This document shows, one piece after another, positions 26,428 to 33,306 of a stretch of DNA of 33,306 bases; the stretch's first letter is position 1; each line of letters opens with the position of its first letter. The position numbers were made by a program, and so were the translations under genes. The stretch is from sequence record SRR20825019_3140, one strand, 5' to 3'. The notes under the pieces are model-generated. The model was not told where the DNA came from. It saw only the letters and a program-made list of their open reading frames with translations, and did no database searches.

Positions 26428-27420
26428 ATGCCAGATATAAAAAGTTTGTTGAAATACCGAATATCGTTGCTCACACTTTGCATGGCCCTTGGCTCCATAT
26501 ACGGGCAAAAGGAGCCGCAGTACACCCAGTACATGTACAATATAGGTAGTTTTAACCCTGCGTACGTAGGTACTGTGGAAAGCCCTGAAATAATCGGGTT
26601 GTACCGTTCGCAATGGATGGATATCGATGGAGCCCCTACAACCATTCGTGCAGGTGCCAATATCCCTTTTAAAAATGAGAAAATGGGATTGGGAGTCAAT
26701 GTGGTGAACGATGTTCTAGGGCCATCCACACAAACATATTTTGATATTGCCTATTCCTATCAAATTCAATTATCTCAAGAAACCAAGCTCTCTTTTGGAC
26801 TAAATGCAGGTGGGTCAATGCTAGATATAGATTATTCCAAAGGTAATTTTGAAAACCCATCGGACCCGTCAATATTAGGAGGTAAATACAATAGTTTTTA
26901 TCCCACTGTGGGGGCAGGTCTTTTTATGTACCATGAAGAAGATTGGTACCTTGGGGTCTCAGTGCCCAACTTTTTGACCAATGCACTGTACAACAACGAA
27001 GTGGCCACCATTGTAGAAGATAATATGCAATTCAATGCCATTGGAGGATATGTGTTCAAATTGGGAGAACAGACCAAATTTAAGCCTGCATTTTTGGTAA
27101 ATTACTTAGAAGGTTCCCCAGTGACGGTAAACTTATCGGCGAATTTTCAGTTTTTGGATGCTCTCACTATTGGAGGGTCGTATCGATTGGACAATGCCGT
27201 AAGCGGGTTGGCGGGACTTCAGATTTCAAATGCGATGTTCATAGGGTACGCGTACGATTATGCTACCAATGGTCTGGGTGAATACAGCGGTGGTTCCCAT
27301 GAAGCAATCATCAAATTTTATATAGGCCGGGGCGGTTTTGGCTCCGGAAGCAATAGGTCCAAGGATAAAAAATCGAACGACAATAAAGGAAAGCAAATAG
27401 ATTCCCCTAGATTTTTCTAA
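26428..27420 (+). CDS. T9SS membrane protein, PorP/SprF family (likely partner of the upstream cargo)
   Basis: QKEPQYTQYMYN..SFNPAYVG, YRSQW..IDGAP, AYSYQI, LSFGLNAG, FKPAFL, IGYAYDY, GSHE; starts 1 nt after the CTD gene. Confidence 0.93.
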   Translation: MPDIKSLLKYRISLLTLCMALGSIYGQKEPQYTQYMYNIGSFNPAYVGTVESPEIIGLYRSQWMDIDGAPTTIRAGANIPFKNEKMGLGVNVVNDVLGPSTQTYFDIAYSYQIQLSQETKLSFGLNAGGSMLDIDYSKGNFENPSDPSILGGKYNSFYPTVGAGLFMYHEEDWYLGVSVPNFLTNALYNNEVATIVEDNMQFNAIGGYVFKLGEQTKFKPAFLVNYLEGSPVTVNLSANFQFLDALTIGGSYRLDNAVSGLAGLQISNAMFIGYAYDYATNGLGEYSGGSHEAIIKFYIGRGGFGSGSNRSKDKKSNDNKGKQIDSPRFF

Positions 27421-27421
27421 C

Positions 27422-29368
27422 ATGAGCCATGTAAAAAACATACAATTGACACTTTGGGCATGCCTACTGGGCACAGTGCTCAGTTTTGCTCAAAAAAGAA
27501 GTTCCCCAGGAGATGTTTTCTTTTTTCAGTACGAATATCAAAAGGCGGTCGATGCTTACGAGAAGCAACTTTCAAAAGGAGTTCTTACCAAGCAGCAGTT
27601 CCTTAATCTGGCTGATGCCTATTTTGAAACCGATAATTTTGATAAAGCATCCAAGACCTACATGGAAATCTTTGGAAAGGATTCTTTGATGGATGCCCAC
27701 CATTACAACAAGATGCTTAGAAGCCTATCCCAGAATTCCAATACAGATGGAACGACTGAATTTTTAGCTAAAGTTTCGTCAAGTTTTCCTAAAGAATTGA
27801 TGGAGAACATGGAGTTCAATAAGCAACTTTTGGAAAATGGTTCACAAGAAAATCAGTTGGAGTATGATATCTTCAATTTGAACGGAAATAGTCCCCAAAC
27901 CGATTTTGCTCCAAGCTTTTATGACAACAAGCTTTTGTTTTCCAGTGGCCGCCAAGTCAATAAAAAATTGCGATATGAGCCAGGCAATGAGGGGTACTTT
28001 CATATTTACGAATCAAATATTCAGCCTACTGGCCTAGTTACCTCCGTACAGTTGTTCAAATCGTTGAAGGATACGGATTACCACGAAGCAACACCATTCT
28101 ATTCATCAAAATTGAACAGTGTTTTTTATGTGCTGTCCAACACCGAGAATGGGGAACTTGCCTTTGATTCCAACGGAAAAAATGCCTTGGCAATTGCCAA
28201 ACAGGCCATTGGGGGGTCATATCAGTTGCTGTTAAAAGATTTGAGTACTTCTTTCTATTATCCTTTTTATGATGATGCTAGCGGTAAGCTTTATTTTTCG
28301 GCTGATTTTGAAGATAGTTATGGCGGTACGGATATCTATTATGTGTACACCAATAATGGGCAAGTAATGTCGGCTCCAATCAATTTGGGACCGCGAATCA
28401 ATTCACCCGGAAACGAGGTTGCCCCGTACATATTTGAGAACAGTCTTTATTTCGCGTCCGATGTGTTTTATGGTCTTGGTGGTATGGATATCTATAAATC
28501 CAACATAGAGGATGATGGTTTTGGGATTCCCATCAATTTGGGAGAACCCATCAACACCGAATTCGATGATTTTGGAATGATAATCCGTAACGAAGGGGAT
28601 GGCTTGTTGGGCTATTTTGCATCCAACCGTAAGGGAGGTAAAGGAAAGGATGATATATACGGGTTTAAGGTGGATGAAAAACCAGGTCTCAAGACTATCA
28701 CATTTAAAGGTGCTGTGGTAAACCAAAGCGGTTCATCCAAAACAGTTCCCAATGTAGAAATTGGTCTTTGGGACATGAACGGGGCTGTGTTGGCAAAAAC
28801 TACTTCGGATGAAAATGGGGAATACCGTTTGGAAATTCCATACGAGAGCGAGTTGGTATTGGATGCATCCAAAGAGCGATATTCAAGATATATCAAGAAA
28901 TTTGTCCAGGATGAATTAGATGCTTTACAGAATACCACTTTCGATATTCCCGTTTCACTTTATGATGATCTAGTGGAAGAAAGGGAAGGTCAAAAAGTAG
29001 TAAAATTGGATGACTTTTATTTTAATACCGGGTCCACACAACTGAATGACGGTATCAAACAGGAGCTTACCAAAGTTGTTGACTTTGTCAAAGCATTCCC
29101 AGATGCGCAACTACGAATTGAAACCTATACTGACAGTCGAGGAGGAAGCAGCACCAATTTTAAGCTTACACAAGCACGTTCCGATGCCATTAAAAAATAT
29201 TTAGTGGAAAGTGGTGTGCCGGCCACAACTATTTTATATTCAATTGGCTATGGAGAAGATAAAATCTTGAATAATTGTACCAATGGAGTGTTCTGTTTGG
29301 AAACATTGCACAAAAAGAACCAACGTTCCTTGGTGGTGGTTCTCAACGATAATGTCCTGTTCGATTAA
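27422..29368 (+). CDS. OmpA-domain protein with PorE-like architecture (TPR, PD40 propeller, carboxypeptidase-regulatory-like, OmpA_C)
   Basis: TPR-like LADAYF; PD40-like LYFSAD...GGTDIY, PINLGPRINSPGNE, GYFASNRKGGKGKDDIY; TTSDENGEY; OmpA-like YTDSRG...NFKLTQARS...GYGE. Confidence 0.88.
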   Translation: MSHVKNIQLTLWACLLGTVLSFAQKRSSPGDVFFFQYEYQKAVDAYEKQLSKGVLTKQQFLNLADAYFETDNFDKASKTYMEIFGKDSLMDAHHYNKMLRSLSQNSNTDGTTEFLAKVSSSFPKELMENMEFNKQLLENGSQENQLEYDIFNLNGNSPQTDFAPSFYDNKLLFSSGRQVNKKLRYEPGNEGYFHIYESNIQPTGLVTSVQLFKSLKDTDYHEATPFYSSKLNSVFYVLSNTENGELAFDSNGKNALAIAKQAIGGSYQLLLKDLSTSFYYPFYDDASGKLYFSADFEDSYGGTDIYYVYTNNGQVMSAPINLGPRINSPGNEVAPYIFENSLYFASDVFYGLGGMDIYKSNIEDDGFGIPINLGEPINTEFDDFGMIIRNEGDGLLGYFASNRKGGKGKDDIYGFKVDEKPGLKTITFKGAVVNQSGSSKTVPNVEIGLWDMNGAVLAKTTSDENGEYRLEIPYESELVLDASKERYSRYIKKFVQDELDALQNTTFDIPVSLYDDLVEEREGQKVVKLDDFYFNTGSTQLNDGIKQELTKVVDFVKAFPDAQLRIETYTDSRGGSSTNFKLTQARSDAIKKYLVESGVPATTILYSIGYGEDKILNNCTNGVFCLETLHKKNQRSLVVVLNDNVLFD

Positions 29369-30613
29369 TTAAATCAACAGTATCCAGCAATAGTACAAAG
29401 CGAACAGTGATAAAAAAAGCATTCCGCAGTACGTTAATATCCTGATTCCTATTTTTGGTTTGTGCTCTTCCGGCATATCCTTGCCTGTTACTGTTTTAAG
29501 ATTCATCCATCCCAGTAATGGTGCAAAAACAAAGGATACAAATGTGGCCAAGGCCACGAGGTTTCCCATGTTGGCACTGAATAGACTTATCACGATCCAG
29601 TTGATCCAAGCCATGGCAACCACCATCAAAGCGAAGGTATGTTTGCCATTGTAGATGTTTTTTTTAGGATATAATTTTTGAAGAACATCGAGACTGACCC
29701 TGGAAATGGCATCATGGGCCGTCATACAGGTGCTGAACATGGTGGCGAATGCCGCAACGGCAATAAAAAAATAGGCCCACCTTCCGATATGGGTTGTAAA
29801 GAGACTTACCAGTTGGTCTGCAAAGATGACGGAGTTATTGCTGAGTTCCGTTCCGGTACCATACAGGGTCATCCAGCCAATGATCATAAAAAACAGGGCC
29901 AGAACCGCAGTCAAAATATATCCAACATTGAATTCTTGTAGTGCAAGTTTAAGAGATGGCTTGTTCTTCATGGTTTTTAAATTTTCCATGCCCCATAAAC
30001 TTACCCATCCAGATGCTTCTACGGCTGTTGGCATCCATCCAACTAGCCCGATCAAAAATAAAATTCCGACCTCGTTGAAAATCTCAGGTCTTTGGTAAGA
30101 TGCAGCATTAGGTACCGGACCTTTTTGTAACACCATAACAGTTGTTATCAAAAGAGCGATAAAGAGAATGGTTATTACAGCTTTTAAGGAGTTTTCCAGA
30201 AATCTATATTTCCCGATGATTAACAAAAGACTTATAAATACAAAAAGTCCAAATGCAATCGCCCCCGCTCCCAAGGAAGTTACCTCGAACAAGTTCATGA
30301 ACAATCCAGCGGTCACAACATACAATGCCGCCAAAATGGTAAAGGTGGAAATCAACGTGACAAAGGCGTATATATACAAGTAGGTCTTTCCTAGATTGGT
30401 ATACCCCTCTATCAAGCTTTTTTCCGTTACCGTGGTGTAGCGTATCCCAAATTCAAAAAAAGGATACTTGAGCAAATTGGCCAAAATAATGGGAATCACC
30501 ATTACCCATCCATATTGGGCTCCCGCTTTGGTGGACAATACCAAATGTGAGGTGCCAATGGCCATGCTGGCGAACAATAGGCCAGGGCCAAGTGCTTTCA
30601 ACAGTGCCTTCAT
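29369..30613 (-). CDS. NRAMP-superfamily-like membrane transporter (divergent, substrate unknown)
   Basis: About 11 TM segments; LGPGLLFASMAIGTSHLVLSTKAGAQYG, KYPFFEFG.RY, GWMP, AAFATMFST. Confidence 0.8.
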   Translation of the reverse strand: MKALLKALGPGLLFASMAIGTSHLVLSTKAGAQYGWVMVIPIILANLLKYPFFEFGIRYTTVTEKSLIEGYTNLGKTYLYIYAFVTLISTFTILAALYVVTAGLFMNLFEVTSLGAGAIAFGLFVFISLLLIIGKYRFLENSLKAVITILFIALLITTVMVLQKGPVPNAASYQRPEIFNEVGILFLIGLVGWMPTAVEASGWVSLWGMENLKTMKNKPSLKLALQEFNVGYILTAVLALFFMIIGWMTLYGTGTELSNNSVIFADQLVSLFTTHIGRWAYFFIAVAAFATMFSTCMTAHDAISRVSLDVLQKLYPKKNIYNGKHTFALMVVAMAWINWIVISLFSANMGNLVALATFVSFVFAPLLGWMNLKTVTGKDMPEEHKPKIGIRILTYCGMLFLSLFALYYCWILLI

Positions 30614-30691
30614 GCAGCTTGTTTGTTAATTTTCAGGCAGGAAGATATGTTTTTTTGTTGAAATTTTTCAGTTTCCTGTGTTGACAGTCTT

Positions 30692-33067
30692 TTATTCTTT
30701 TCCTAAAAGTGATTTCTGGAACAGTTTAAAAATGCGGGTGTATTCATCCGTCCAACTACTAGGTTCCACAAAACCATGTCGCTCCACGGGGTAAACCGCC
30801 ATTTCCCAGTTTTCCTTGCCAAGTTCAATCAATTTTTGTGAAAGGCGCACCATATCCTGAAAATGCACATTATCGTCCACCATACCGTGAAGAATCAAAA
30901 GATCACCCTGTAATCCATCGGCAAAATAGATAGGGGAGCTTCGTTTATAGGCCAAACTGTCGGTAGCCGGCGTGTTCAATATTCGAGCCGTGTAGCCATG
31001 GTTGTAAGCTGCCCAATCGCCCACGGAACGTATTGCCCCTCCGGCACTAAATGTTTCCGGCGCGTTGAACATTCCCATTAATGTGATAAACCCGCCATAG
31101 GAACCACCGTAGATTCCGATTTTGTCTGAATCAATACCGTATTTCTCCTTTAGCATATTGGCGCCGTCCACTTGGTCAGAAAGGTCCTTGCCACCCATGT
31201 GACGGTAAATTCCAGTCCGCCAATCTCTACCATATCCAGCGCTACCTCGGTAATCAATATCGAGTACGGTATAGCCATTGTCAACCAAAAGATTGTGGAA
31301 CATATATTCCCTAAAATAAGAGCTCCACCATTTATGTGCATTTTGAAGATAGCCCGCACCATGTACAAAAATTACGGCTGCTTTGTTTTTTACAGATGCA
31401 TCTGGTTGGTAGAGTCTGGCATGTACTTCCGCGCCATCGGATGCCTTAAAAGTTATGATTTCAGGGTCCTTCCAATCATAGGACTTAAATTCATCGGTAT
31501 TGGAGTAAGTGATTTGTTCTGCTTCTGGATTTCCACCGACCTCCGCCGGGTTATCTTTGATAAACAATTCGGTAGGTTTATTGGAATAGGAATATAGAAT
31601 CGCCATTTTTTTCTCATCGGGGGAAAGTGTAACATCATTTCCACCCGTCATGTTGGTCAATTGCTCCCATTTACCTCCGTTAAGTTTCATGGTGTAAAAC
31701 TGTCTATCTCCAGGATGTGTTTTATTGGATGTAAAATACCATCTGTCCTTGTTTTTTGATAGAAAAGCATCGTAGATTTCAAAATCCCCAGAAGTAAGGG
31801 CATCCGTTTTTTTATTGTTGATGTTCACTGTGTATAAATGGGAGTAGCCAGTTTTTTCGGACATGAACCAGACCTTGTCCCCGCTGGGCATCCAGCCAAG
31901 TGAACCGCCGCGCCATCCGCCAATTCCTGGTCCTGCTATCCAAGCTTCATCATGCTGACGGTCCAGCTGCTCCACTTTTCCTGTTTTTGGGTCCAGCAAT
32001 ACAATCCAACGGTCTTTGTAATCATTGGCTTGGATATCCAATACAGCTTTTGTTCCGTTTGAATTCCATGTGGGGCCATTTATAGACCCAATACGGTTTT
32101 CATTTTTATATGTCTTGTCGGGATAATCTTTGGTGTATTCAGGAACATAGTCCAAACCTTCCAAATTGTCCAGGACCACGGGGTAGCTTTTACGATTTTT
32201 GATGTCATACACGAACATTTCAAATTCCGTAGGTTCGTCACCCACCTTGGAACGGGTGTTCTGGTCTTCTGTGTAACCTGATTCTGTTACAAAATGAGGC
32301 ACAATGGTGCCTTTGGAATCAGATCTGTCCATCAATACATAAGTGATAAAGCTACCAGAAGGGTCAATTTCCAGATTGATTACCGGCTTGCCCTTGGTTT
32401 CAATTTCTAGGGGCTCCAAGGCTTCCAACTGACTGCTTATCTCTTCCCCTCTGTCATTTTTTGCCTTACGCTCCTGTAAAACATCGAATATTTCCAGTTG
32501 GTCCTGGTAAAGCCATTCATCTTTGGAATCACGTTGCGGTTCTTTGCTTTTGGATTTTACAAATCTGGTTTTTTGCTCAAGAAGACCGGAGGCAATGCTC
32601 CAAGTAAATAGCTCGTCATTTTTCTCAAAAGCGATGCTCTTGCCATTATCCGTAAAATGCGGACCACTTTCCCTAGCTTGTGTTTTGGTAATTGGTTTGG
32701 ATTGATAGGTATTGAGGTCCAACAAGAAAATATCGCCGTTTTTTGAATAGACCGCTTGTGTTTTGTCTTGATTATAGGTCAATCGGGATGAGGGGAGTGA
32801 GTTGGCCGTTAAAAAATCAATTTTTTTGGTATCCTTGGTAGAAACGGAATAGGCATATAATGAATCGCTAAGGGCGCCGTCTGGATTCCAATCAAAATAC
32901 AATATTTTGCTATCAGTGGCCCAATAAGCATTGGACGGTCTAGGGCCTACGAAGGCGTCACCTTGCATTATATCCTTGATCTGTAAAGAAGAAATGTTGC
33001 CCTTTTGTGCGGTTAATGAACCTAGGCCAATAAGAAGGAATACAAGGAAAGTAGAGGTTCTTAGCAT
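30692..33067 (-). CDS. S9 family (prolyl oligopeptidase / DPP-IV-like) exported serine peptidase
   Basis: Signal peptide ending LTA-Q, propeller repeats, VHGAGY, DYRGSAGYG, GIYGGSYGG (Ser), HGMVDDNV (Asp), ERHGF (His). Confidence 0.93.
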   Translation of the reverse strand: MLRTSTFLVFLLIGLGSLTAQKGNISSLQIKDIMQGDAFVGPRPSNAYWATDSKILYFDWNPDGALSDSLYAYSVSTKDTKKIDFLTANSLPSSRLTYNQDKTQAVYSKNGDIFLLDLNTYQSKPITKTQARESGPHFTDNGKSIAFEKNDELFTWSIASGLLEQKTRFVKSKSKEPQRDSKDEWLYQDQLEIFDVLQERKAKNDRGEEISSQLEALEPLEIETKGKPVINLEIDPSGSFITYVLMDRSDSKGTIVPHFVTESGYTEDQNTRSKVGDEPTEFEMFVYDIKNRKSYPVVLDNLEGLDYVPEYTKDYPDKTYKNENRIGSINGPTWNSNGTKAVLDIQANDYKDRWIVLLDPKTGKVEQLDRQHDEAWIAGPGIGGWRGGSLGWMPSGDKVWFMSEKTGYSHLYTVNINNKKTDALTSGDFEIYDAFLSKNKDRWYFTSNKTHPGDRQFYTMKLNGGKWEQLTNMTGGNDVTLSPDEKKMAILYSYSNKPTELFIKDNPAEVGGNPEAEQITYSNTDEFKSYDWKDPEIITFKASDGAEVHARLYQPDASVKNKAAVIFVHGAGYLQNAHKWWSSYFREYMFHNLLVDNGYTVLDIDYRGSAGYGRDWRTGIYRHMGGKDLSDQVDGANMLKEKYGIDSDKIGIYGGSYGGFITLMGMFNAPETFSAGGAIRSVGDWAAYNHGYTARILNTPATDSLAYKRSSPIYFADGLQGDLLILHGMVDDNVHFQDMVRLSQKLIELGKENWEMAVYPVERHGFVEPSSWTDEYTRIFKLFQKSLLGKE

Positions 33068-33276
33068 GGTGGTAGAATTTTTTTTGATAAAGTTAGTTTG
33101 TCAAATATCGGTTATTTTGATGAGTTTATTGAACAGGAAACTCAAAGGAAAACTAGAAAACTCCTCGGTTTTATTCGTAGAAAAAGTATCTTTAAAACGA
33201 ACAAAAGGTAACTAAGATTAAATCATTTCATTTAATTTTTTGAATTTCAATCAATTAAATTAAACCAAACCAACAA

Positions 33277-33306
33277 ATGCAGATAATAGAGAATTCTACG
33301 GTGTAC
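33277..33306 (+). CDS. Possible start of a divergent gene running off the right edge (MQIIENSTVY...)
   Basis: ATG 33277 follows an A/C-rich leader (AAACCAAACCAACAA) like other leaders here and stays open to the edge; only 10 codons visible. Confidence 0.4.
   Translation, partial: MQIIENSTVY

Noticed and set aside
1..33306. CRISPR arrays, tRNA/rRNA, transposases, integrases, prophage or defence genes
   Set aside because: None seen: intergenic gaps are short (about 210 nt or less), with no repeat-spacer periodicity and no matching protein motifs. Small ncRNAs or riboswitches cannot be excluded without an Rfam/Infernal scan.

Overview
Gene-dense chromosomal window from a Bacteroidota bacterium, most likely a marine Flavobacteriaceae. 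This is inferred from type IX secretion (T9SS) genes, TAnnTTTG -7 promoter boxes, A-rich leaders without Shine-Dalgarno sites and signal peptides followed by Gln. In order it carries: the 3' end of a cytochrome c oxidase and assembly locus (subunit III fragment, subunit IV, a Cys-less Sco-like protein, a canonical Sco, DUF420, a small CxxC protein); an apparently duplicated MacAB-TolC-type ABC cluster (4 permeases, 2 adaptors, 1 ATPase, 1 TolC); tsaB; mscS; a YyaL-like lipoprotein; dodecin; a NifU/Nfu protein; an orphan PorP/SprF; a vWA lipoprotein divergent from a TPR histidine kinase plus LytTR regulator; gamma carbonic anhydrase; fabD; a T9SS type-B CTD cargo/SprF/OmpA triad; an NRAMP-like transporter; and an S9 peptidase. 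I saw no rRNA, tRNA, CRISPR array, mobile element or clear pseudogene. The strongest signals beyond gene calls are non-coding: an identically spaced ECF-sigma-like promoter (TGTAAC-N17-GTCT) in front of each half of the ABC cluster, and a perfect 9-bp direct repeat with a 12-bp spacer (LytTR architecture) upstream of the vWA lipoprotein. All calls come from motif recognition by eye; no searches were run, so novelty is unverified.
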